NCBI RefSeq assembly: GCF_009914755.1
Contig: NC_060943.1
DNA: 64,000 bases
Direction: 5' to 3' (one strand)
DNA from: the human T2T-CHM13v2.0 reference genome, Homo sapiens
Below the pieces are notes generated by a model. The model had not been told where the DNA came from and ran no database searches. It saw only the letters and a list, made by a program, of their open reading frames with translations. Shown here piece after piece: positions 53,701 through 64,000 of the stretch. The position numbers were made by a program, and so were the translations under genes. Every line of letters starts with the position of its first letter. Positions within the stretch are counted from its first letter, which is position 1.

Positions 53701-56700
53701 CTATAGAAACTAGACAGAATGATTCTCAGAAACTCCTTTGTGATGTGTGCGTTCAACTCACAGAGTTTAACCTTTCTTTTCATAGAGCAGTTAGGAAACA
53801 CTCTGTTTGTAAAGTCTGCAAGTGGATATTCAGACATCCTTGAGGCTTTCGTTGCAAACGGGATTTCTTCATATTCTGCTAGAAAGAAGAATTCACAGTA
53901 ACTTCCTTGTGTTGTGTGTATTCAACTCACAGAGTTGAATGATCCTTTACACAGAACAGTCTTGAAACACTCTTTTTGTGGAATTTGCAAGTGGAGATTT
54001 CAGCCGCTTTGAGGTCAATGGTAGAATAGGAAATATCTTCCTATAGAAACTAGACAGAATGATTCTCAGAAACTCCTTTGTGATGTGTGCGTTCAACTCA
54101 CAGAGTTTAACCTTTCTTTTCATAGAGCAGTTAGGAAACACTCTGTTTGTAAAGTCTGCAAGTGGATATTCAGACCTCTTTGAGGCCTTCGTTGGAAACG
54201 GGATTTCTTCATATTATGCTAGACAGAAGAATTCTCAGTAACTTCCTTGTGTTGTGTGTATTCAACTCACAGAGTTGAATGATCCTTTACACAGAGCAGA
54301 CTTGAAACACTCTTTTTGTGGAATTTGCAAGTGGAGATTTCAGCCGCTTTGAGGTCAATGGTAGAATAGGAAATATCTTCCTATAGAAACTAGACAGAAT
54401 GATTCTCAGAAACTCCTTTGTGATGTGTGCGTTCAACTCACAGAGTTTAACCTTTCTTTTCATAGAGCAGTTAGGAAACACTCTGTTTGTAAAGTCTGCA
54501 AGTGGATATTCAGACATCCTTGAGGCTTTCGTTGGAAACGGGATTTCTTCATATTCTGCTAGAAAGAAGAATTCTCAGTAACTTCCTTTTGTGGTGTGTA
54601 TTCAACTCACAGAGTTGAATGATCCTTTACACAGAACAGTCTTGAAACACTCTTTTTGTGGAATTTGCAAGTGGAGATTTCAGCCGCTTTGAGGTCAATG
54701 GTAGAATAGGAAATATCTTCCTATAGAAACTAGACAGAATGATTCTCAGAAACTCCTTTGTGATGTGTGCGTTCAACTCACAGAGTTTAACCTTTCTTTT
54801 CATAGAGCAGTTAGGAAACACTCTGTTTGTAAAGTCTGCTAGTGGATATTCAGACATCTTTGAGGCTATCTTTGGAAACGGGATTTCTTCATATTCTGCT
54901 ATACAGAAGAATTCTCAGAAACTTCCTTGTGTTGTGTGTATTCAACTCACAGAGTTGAACGATCCTTTACACAGAGCAGACTTGAAACACTCTTTTTGTG
55001 GAATTTGCAAGTGGAGATTTCAGCCGCTTTGAGGTCAATGGTAGAATAGGAAATATCTTCCTATAGAAACTAGACAGAATGATTCTCAGAAACTCCTTTG
55101 TGATGTGTGCGTTCAACTCACAGAGTTTAACCTTTCTTTTCATAGAGCAGTTAGGAAACACTCTGTTTGTAAAGTCTGCAAGTGGATATTCAGACATCCT
55201 TGAGGCTTTCGTTGCAAACGGGATTTCTTCATATTCTGCTAGAAAGAAGAATTCTCAGTAACTTCCTTGTGTTGTGTGTATTCAACTCACAGACTTGAAT
55301 GATCCTTTACACAGAACAGTCTTGAAACACTCTTTTTGTGGAATTTGCAAGTGGAGATTTCAGCCGCTTTGAGGTCAATGGTAGAATAGGAAATATCTTC
55401 CTATAGAAACTAGACAGAATGATTCTCAGAAACTCCTTTGTGATGTGTGCGTTCAACTCACAGAGTTTAACCTTTCTTTTCATAGAGCAGTTAGGAAACA
55501 CTCTGTTTGTAAAGTCTGCAAGTGGATATTCAGACATCCTTGAGGCTTTCGTTGGAAACGGGATTTCTTCATATTCTGCTAGAAAGAAGAATTCTCAGTA
55601 ACTTCCTTGTGTTGTGTGTATTCAACTCACAGAATTGAATGATCCTTTACACAGAACAGTCTTGAAACACTCTTTTTGTGGAATTTGCAAGTGGAGATTT
55701 CAGCCGCTTTGAGGTCAATGGTAGAATAGGAAATATCTTCCTATAGAAACTAGACAGAATGATTCTCAGAAACTCCTTTGTGATGTGTGCGTTCAACTCA
55801 CAGAGTTTAACCTTTCTTTTCATAGAGCAGTTAGGAAACACTCTGTTTGTAAAGTCTGCAAGTGGATATTCAGACATCTTTGAGGCTTTCGTTGGAAACG
55901 GGATTTCTTCATATTCTGCTATACAGAAGAATTCTCAGAAACTTCCTTGTGTTGTGTGTATTCAACTCACAGAGTTGAACGATCGTTTACACAGAGCAGA
56001 CTTGAGACACTCTTTTTGTGGAATTTGTAAGTGGAGATTTCAGCCGCTTTGAGGTCAATGGTAGAAAAGGAAATATCTTCATATAAAAACTAGACAGAAT
56101 GATTCTCAGAAACTCCTTTGTGATGTGTGCGTTCAACTCACAGAGTTTAACCTTTCTTTTCATAGTGCAGTTAGGAAACACTCTGTAAAGTCTGCAAGTG
56201 GATATTCAGACCTCTTTGAGGCCTTCGTTGGAAACGGGATTTCTTCATATTATGCTAGACAGAAGAATTCTCAGTAACTTCCTTGTGTTGTGTGTATTCA
56301 ACTCACAGAGTTGAACGATCCTTTACACAGAGCAGACTTGAAACACTCTTTTTGTGGAATTTGCAAGTGGAGATTTCAGCCGCTTTGAGGTCAATGGTAG
56401 AAAAGGAAATATCTTCGTATAAAAACTAGACAGAATGATTCTCAGAAACTCCTTTGTGATGTGTGCATTCAACTCACAGTTTAACCTTTCTTTTCATAGA
56501 GCAGTTAGGAAACACTCTGTTTGTAAAGTCTGCAAGTGGATATTCAGACCTCCTTGAGGCCTTCGTTGGAAACGGGATTTCTTCATATTATGCTAGACAG
56601 AAGAATTCTCAGTAACTTCCTTGTGTTGTGTGTATTCAACTCACAGAGTTGAACGATCCTTTACACAGAGCAGACTTGAAACACTCTTTTTGTGGAATTT

Positions 56701-59700
56701 GCAAGTGGAGATTTCAGCCGCTTTCAGGTCAATGGTAGAATAGGAAATATCTTCCTATAGAAACTAGACAGAATGATTCTGAGAAACTCCTTTGTGATGT
56801 GTGCGTTGAACTCACAGAGTTTAACCTTTCTTTTCATAGAGCAGTTAGGAAACACTCTGTTTGTAAAGTCTGCAAGTGGATATTCAGACCACCTTGAGGC
56901 CTTCGTTGGAAACGGGATTTCTTCATATTCTGCTAGACAGAAGAATTCTCAGTAACTTCCTTGTGTTTTGTGTATTCAACTCACAGAGTTGAATGATCCT
57001 TTACACACAACAGACTTGAAACACTCTTGTTGTGGAATTTTCAAGTGGAGATTTCAGCCGCTTTGAGGTCAACGGTAGAATAGGTAATATCTTCCTATAG
57101 AAACTAGACAGAATGATTCTCAGAAACTCCTTTGTGATGTGTGCGTTCAACTCACAGAGTTTAACCTTTCTTTTCATAGAGCAGTTAGGAAACACTCTGT
57201 TTGTAATGTCTGCAAGTGGATATTCAGACCTCCTTGAGGCCTTCGTTGGAAACGGGATTTCTTCATATTATGCTAGACAGAAGAATTCTCAGTAACTTCC
57301 TTGTGTTGTGTGTATTCAACTCACAGAGTTGAACGATCCTTTACACAGAGCAGACTTGAAACACTCTTTTTGTGGAATTTGCAAGTGGAGATTTCAGCCG
57401 CTTTGAGGTCAATGGTAGAACAGGAAATATCTTCCTATAGAAACTAGACAGAATGATTCTCAGAAACTCCTTTGTGATGTGTGCGTTCAACTCACAGAGT
57501 TCAACCTTTCTTTTCATAGAGCAGTTGGGAAACACTCTGTTTGTAAAGTCTGCAAGTGCATATTCAGACTTCTTTGAGGCCTTCGTTGGAAGCGGGATTT
57601 CTTCATATTCTGCTAGACAGAAGAATTCTCAGTAACTTCCTTGTGTTGTGTGTATTCAACTCACAGAGTTGAACAATCCTTTACACAGAGCAGACTTGAA
57701 ACACTCTTTTTGTGGAATTTGCAAGTGGAGATTTGAGCCGCTTTGAGGTCAATGGTAGAATAGGAAATATCTTCCTATAGAAACTAGACAGAATGATTCT
57801 CAGAAACTCCTTTGTGATGTGTGCGTTCAACTCACAGAGTTTAACCTTTCTTTTCATAGAGCAGTTAGGAAACACTCTGTTTGTAAAGTCTGCAAGTGGA
57901 TATTCAGACATCCTTGAGGCTTTCGTTGGAAACGGGATTTCTTCATATTCTGCTAGAAAGAAGAATTCTCAGTAACTTCCTTGTGTTGTGTGTATTCAAC
58001 TCACAGAGTTGAATGATCCTTTACACAGAACAGTCTTGAAACACTCTTTTTGTGGAATTTGCAAGTGGAGATTTCAGCCGCTTTGAGGTCAATGGTAGAA
58101 TAGGAAATATCTTCCTATAGAAACTAGACAGAATGATTCTCAGAAACTCCTTTGTGATGTGTGCGTTCAACTCACAGAGTTTAACCTTTCTTTTCATAGA
58201 GCAGTTAGGAAACACTCTGTTTGTAAAGTCTGCAAGTGGATATTCAGACATCTTTGAGGCTTTCGTTGGAAACGGGATTTCTTCATATTCTGCTAGACAG
58301 AAGAATTCTCAGAAACTTCGATGTGTTGTGTGTTTTCAAATCACAGAGTTCAACGATCCTTTACACAGAGTAGACTTGAAACACTCTTTTTGTGGAATTG
58401 GCAGGGTGGAGATTTCAGCCGCTTTGAGGTCAATGGTAGAAAAGGAAATATCTTCGTATAAAAACTAGACAGAGTGATTCTCAGAAACTCCTTTGTGATG
58501 TCTGCGTTCAACTCACAGAGTTTAACCTTTCTTTTCATAGAGCAGTTAGGAAACACTCTGTTTGTAAAGTCTGCAAGTGGATATTCAGACCTCCTTGAGG
58601 CCTTCGTTGGAAACGGGATTTCTACATATTATGCTAGACAGAAGAATTCTCAGTAACTTCCTTGTGTTGTGTGTATTCAACTCACAGAGTTGAACGATCC
58701 TTTACACAGAGCAGACTTGAAACACTCTTTTTGTGGAATTTGCAAGTGGAGATTTCAGCCTCTTTGAGGTCAATGGTAGAATAGGAAATATCTTCCTATA
58801 GAAACTAGCCAGAATGATTCTGAGAAACTCCTTTGTGATGTGTGCGTTCAACTCACAGAGTTTAACCTTTCTTTTCATAGAGCAGTTAGGAAACACTCTG
58901 TTTGTAAAGTCTGCAAGTGGATATTCAGACCTCCTTGAGGACTTCGTTGGAAACGGGATTTCTTCCTATTATGCTAGACAGAAGAATTCTCAGTAACTTC
59001 CTTGTGTTGTGTGTATTCAACTCACAGAGTTGAATGATCCTTTACACAGAGCAGACTTGAAACACTCTTTTTGTGGAATTTGCAAGTGGAGATTTCAGCC
59101 GCTTTGAGTTCAATGGTAGAATAGGAAATATCTTCCTATAGAAACTAGACAGAATGATTCTCAGAAACTCCTTTGTGATGTGTGCGTTCAACTCACAGAG
59201 TTCAACCTTTCTTTTCATAGAGCAGTTGGGAAACACTCTGTTTGTAAAGTCTGCAAGTGGATATTCAGACTTCTTTGAGGCCTTCGTTGGAAGCGGGATT
59301 TCTTCATATTCTGCTAGACAGAAGAATTCTCAGTAACTTCCTTGTGTTGTGTGTATTCAACTCACAGAGTTGAACGATCCTTTACACAGAGCAGACTTGA
59401 AACACTCTTTTTGTGGAATTTGCAAGTGGAGATTTCAGCCGCTTTGAGGTCAATGGTAGAATAGGAAATATCTTCCTATAGAAACTAGACAGAATGATTC
59501 TCAGAAACTCCTTTGTGATGTGTGCGTTCAACTCACAGAGTTTAACCTTTCTTTTCATAGAGCAGTTAGGAAACACTCTGTTTGTAAAGTCTGCAAGTGG
59601 ATATTCAGACATCCTTGAGGCTTTCATTGGAAACGGGATTTCTTCATATTCTGCTAGAAAGAAGAATTCTCAGTAACTTCCTTGTGTTGTGTGTATTCAA

Positions 59701-60169
59701 CTCACAGACTTGAATGATCCTTTACACAGAACAGTCTTGAAAGACTCTTTTTGTGGAATTTGCAAGTGGAGACTTCAGCCGCTTTGAGGTCAATGGTAGA
59801 ATAGGAAATATCTTCCTATAGAAACTAGACAGAATGATTCTCAGAAACTCCTTTGTGATGTGTGCGTTCAACTCACAGAGTTTAACCTTTCTTTTCATAG
59901 AGCAGTTAGGAAACACTCTGTTTGTAAAGTCTGCAAGTGGATATTCAGACATCCTTGAGGCTTTCGTTGGAAACGGGATTTCTTCATATTCTGCTAGACA
60001 GAAGAATTCTCAGAAACTTCGTTGTGTTGTGTGTTTTCAACTCACAGAGTTCAACGATCCTTTACACAGAGTAGACTTGAAACACTCTTTTTGTGGAATT
60101 GGCAGGGTGGAGATTTCAGCCGCTTTGAGGTCAATTTTAGAAAAGGAAATATCTTCGTATAAAAACTAG

Positions 60170-63100
60170 ACAGAGTGATTCTCAGAAACTCCTTTGTGAT
60201 GTCTGCGTTCAACTCACAGAGTTTAACGTTTCTTTTCATAGAGCAGTTAGGAAACACTCTGTTTGTAAAGTCTGCAAGTGGATATTCAGACCTCCTTGAG
60301 GCCTTCGTTGGATACGGGATTTCTTCATATTCTGCTATACAGAAGAATTCTCAGAAACTTCCTTGTGTTGTGTGTATTCAACTCACAGAGTTGAACGATC
60401 GTTTACACAGAGCAGACTTGAGACACTCTTTTTTGGAATTTGTAAGTGGAGATTTCAGCCGCTTTGAAGTCAATGGTAGAAAAGGAAATATCTTCACATA
60501 AAAACTAGACAGAATGTTTCTCAGAAACTCCTTTGTGATGTGTGCGTTCAACTCACAGAGTTTAACCTTTCTTTTCATAGAGCAGTTAGGAAACACTCTG
60601 TTTGTAAAGTCTGCAAGTGGATATTCAGACCTCTTTGAGGCCTTCGTTGGAAACGGGATTTCTTCATATTATGCTAGACAGAAGAATTCTCAGTAACTTC
60701 CTTGTGTTGTGTGTATTTAACTCACAGAGTTGAACGATCCTTTACACAGAGCAGACTTGAAACACTCTTTTTGTGGAATTTGCAAGTGGAGATTTCAGCC
60801 GCTTTGAGGTCAATGGTAGAATAGGAAATATCTTCGTATAAAAACTAGACAGAATGATTCTCAGAAACTCCTTTGTGATGTGTGCGTTCAACTCACAGAG
60901 TTTAACCTTTCTTTTCATAGAGCAGTTAGGAAACACTCTGTTTGTAAAGTCTGCAAGTGGATATTCAGACCTCCTTGAGGCCTTCGTTGGAAACGGGATT
61001 TCTACATATTATGCTAGACAGAAGAATTCTCAGTAACTTCCTTGTGTTGTGTGTATTCAACTCACAGAGTTGAACGATCCTTTACACAGAGCAGACTTGA
61101 AACACTCTTTTTGTGGAATTTGCAAGTGGAGATTTCAGCCTCTTTGTGGTCAATGGTAGAATAGGAAATATCTTCCTATAGAAACTAGACAGAATGATTC
61201 TCAGAAACTCCTTTGTGATGTGTGCGTTCAACTCACAGAGTTTAACCTTTCTTTTCATAGAGCAGTTAGGAAACACTCTGTTTGTAAAGTCTGCAAGTGG
61301 ATATTCAGACCTCCTTGAGGCCTTCGTTGGAAACGGGATTTCTTCCTATTATGCTAGACAGAAGAATTCTCAGTAACTTCCTTGTGTTGTGTGTATTCAA
61401 CTCACAGAGTTGAACGATCCTTTACACAGAGCAGACTTGAAATACTCTTTTTGTGGAATTTGCAAGTGGAGATTTCAGCCGCTTTGAGTTCAATGGTAGA
61501 ATAGGAAATATCTTCCTATAGAAACTAGACAGAATGATTCTCAGAAACTCCTTTGTGATGTGTGCGTTCAACTCACAGAGTTTAACCTTTCTTTTCATAG
61601 AGCAGTTAGGAAACACTCTGTTTGTAAAGTCTGCAAGTGGATATTCAGACATCTTTGAGGCTTTCGTTGGAAACGGGATTTCTTCATATTCTGCTAGACA
61701 GAAGAATTCTCAGAAACTTCGTTGTGTTGTGTGTTTTCAACTCACAGAGTTCAACGATCCTTTACACAGAGTAGACTTGAAACACTCTTTTTGTGGAATT
61801 GGCAGGGTGGAGATTTCAGCCGCTTTGAGGTCAATGGAAGAAAAGGAAATATCTTCGTATAAAAACTAGACAGAGTGATTCTCAGAAACTCCTTTGTGAT
61901 GTCTGCGTTCAACTCACAGAGTTTAACCTTTCTTTTCATAGAGCAGTTAGGAAACACTCTGTTTGTAAAGTCTGCAAGTGGATATTCAGACCTCCTTGAG
62001 GCCTTCGTTGGAAACGGGATTTCTTCATATTCTGCTATACAGAAGAATTCTCAGAAACTTCCTTGTGTTGTGTGTATTCAACTCACAGAGTTGAACGATC
62101 GTTTACACAGAGCAGACTTGAGACACTCATTTGTGGAATTTGTAAGTGTAGATTTCAGCCGCTTTGAGGTCAATGGTAGAAAAGGAAATATCTTCATATA
62201 AAAACTAGACAGAATGATTCTCAGAAACTCCTTTGCGATGTGTGCGTTCAACTCACAGAGTTTAACCTTTCTTTTCATAGAGCAGTTAGGAAACACTCTG
62301 TTTGTAAAGTCTGCAAGTGGATATTCAGACATCTTTGAGGCTTTCGTTGGAAACGGGATTTCTTCATATTCTGCTAGACAGAAGAATTGTCAGAAACTTC
62401 GTTGTGTTGTGTGTTTTCAACTCACAGAGTTGAACGATCCTTTACACAGAACAGACTTGAAACACTCTTTTTGTGGAATTTGCAAGTGGAGATTTCATCC
62501 GCTTTGAGGTCAATGGTAGAAAAGGAAATATCTTCGTATAAAAACTAGACAGAATGATTCTGAGAAACTCCTTTGTGATGTGTGCGTTCAACTCACAGAG
62601 TTTAACCTTTCTTTTCATAGAGCAGTTAGGAAACACTCTGTTTGTAAAGTCTGCAAGTGGATATTCAGACCTCCTTGAGGCCTTCGTTGGAAACGGGATT
62701 TCTTCATATTATGCTAGACAGAAGAATTCTCAGTAACTTCCTTGTGTTGTGTGTATTCAACTCACAGAGTTGAACGATCCTTTACACAGAGCAGACTTGA
62801 AACACTCTTTTTGTGAAATTTGCAAGTGGAGATTTCAGCCGCTTTGTGGTCAATGGTAGAATAGGAAATATCTTCCTATAGAAACTAGACAGAATGATTC
62901 TCAGAAACTCCTTTGTGATGTGTGCGTTCAACTCACAGAGTTTAACCTTTCTTTTCATAGAGCCGTTAGGAAACACTCTGTTTGTAAAGTCTGCAAGTGG
63001 ATACTCAGACGTCTTTGAGGCCTTCGTTGGAAGCGGGATTTCTTCATATTCTGCTAGACAGAAGAATTCTCAGTAACTTCCTTGTGTTGTGTGAATTCAA

Positions 63101-64000
63101 CTCACAGAGTTGAACGATCCTTTACACAGAGCAGACTTGAAACACTGTTTTTGTGGAATTTGCCAGTGGAGATTTCAGCCGCTTTGAGGTCAATGGTAGA
63201 ATAGGAAATATCTTCCTATAGAAACTAGACAGAATGATTCTCAGAAACTCCTTTGTGATGTGTGCGTTCAACTCACAGAGTTTAACCTGTCTTTTCATAG
63301 AGCAGTTAGGAAACACTCTGTTTGTAAAGTCTGCAAGTGGATATTCAGACATCCTTGAGGCTTTCGTTGGAAACGGGATTTCTTCATATTCTGCTAGAAA
63401 GAAGAATTGTCAGTAACTTCCTTGTGTTGTGTGTATTCAACTCACAGAGTTGAATGATCCTTTACACAGAGCAGACTTGAAACACTCTTTATGTGGAATT
63501 TGCAAGTGGAGATTTCAGCCGCTTTGAGTTCAATGGTAGAATAGGAAATATCTTCCTATAGAAACTAGACAGAATGATTCTCAGAAACTCCTTTGTGATG
63601 TGTGCGTTCAACTCACAGAGTTCAACCTTTCTTTTCATAGAGCAGTTGGGAAACACTCTGTTTGTAAAGTCTGCAAGTGGATATTCAGACTTCTTTGAGG
63701 CCTTCGTTGGAAGCGGGATTTCTTCATATTCTGCTAGACAGAAGAATTCTCAGTAACTTCCTTGTGTTGTGTGTATTCAACTCACAGAGTTGAACGATCC
63801 TTTACACAGAGCAGACTTGAAACACTCTTTTTGTGGAATTTGCCAGTGGAGATTTCAGCCTCTTTGAGGTCAATGGTAGAATTGGAAATATCTTCCTATA
63901 GAAACTAGACAGAATGATTCTCAGAAACTCCTTTGTGATGTGTGCGTTCAACTCACAGAGTTTAACCTTTCTTTTCATAGGGCAGTTAGGAAACACTCTG
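60170..64000 (+). repeat. Third, partial copy of the 19-dimer block (offset 17332 bp from the first copy)
   Basis: Dimers 60175-63914 match 42843-46582 marker for marker (AATGTTTCTC, GAAATACTC, ATGGAAGAA, CTCATTTG, TTTGCGATG, GAGCCGTT, ACCTGTCT, TAGGGCAG). The copy runs off the window end. Confidence 0.9.

Larger units (their letters stand above)
1..64000 (+). repeat. Centromeric alpha-satellite array, SF1 340-bp dimer (D1Z7/D5Z2/D19Z3-type, S1C1/5/19H1L), about 188 dimers in one orientation
   Basis: Strict ~340-bp periodicity: the equivalent ATG falls at 7, 348, 687, 1027 ... 63574, 63914. Each unit has two related monomers starting GACAGAATGATTCTCAG and GACAGAAGAATTCTCAG, one CENP-B box and one GAATTC. 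The family assignment rests on established knowledge of the 340-bp EcoRI dimer of chromosomes 1/5/19. Confidence 0.97.

Noticed and set aside
7-63996. Hundreds of 60-111 aa ORFs on both strands (MILRNSFVMCAF..., MFPNCSMKRK..., MSEYPLADF...)
   Set aside because: They are translations of the satellite unit recurring every 340 bp. They are freely broken by stops and frameshifts, and I recognise no protein domain or gene structure. They were useful only as variant barcodes.
1-64000. CRISPR-like array or diversity-generating cassette system
   Set aside because: There are no unique spacers: the entire unit is repeated with only scattered point differences. No cas, reverse transcriptase or recombinase genes are present, and the sequence is recognisable alpha satellite.
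1-64000. Transposon (L1/Alu) insertion, inversion or non-satellite island
   Set aside because: The ~340-bp phase and the orientation are kept throughout. The largest deviation I found is a 4-bp deletion, leaving no room for an insert.
1-64000. A single fixed long HOR period for the window
   Set aside because: Each longer period holds for only 2-3 copies. Only the dimer is global.
1-64000. Assignment to chromosome 1, 5 or 19, or to the CENP-A/CDR kinetochore domain
   Set aside because: The three arrays share this dimer, so assignment needs alignment to T2T references. CDR status needs methylation or chromatin data that the sequence does not contain.

Overview
The whole 64-kb window is primate, almost certainly human, centromeric alpha-satellite. 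It is an uninterrupted head-to-tail array of about 188 copies of a 340-bp dimer: a 169-bp monomer with a CENP-B box plus a 171-bp monomer without one, with one EcoRI site per dimer. This matches the suprachromosomal family 1 (J1/J2) dimeric active array shared by chromosomes 1, 5 and 19 (D1Z7/D5Z2/D19Z3, S1C1/5/19H1L). I cannot assign the chromosome by eye. I see no genes, RNA genes, transposon insertions, inversions or CRISPR arrays, and all listed ORFs are translation artefacts of the repeat. I found no new gene system. The structure worth examining is in the variant pattern: nested recent tandem duplications with periods of 4, 6, 12, 13, 16 and 19-21 dimers; two interleaved variant lineages; chimeric dimers and a probable template-switch patch; CENP-B box decay focused on CpGs; and short dyads in each dimer. 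All counts were made by eye and block boundaries are approximate.
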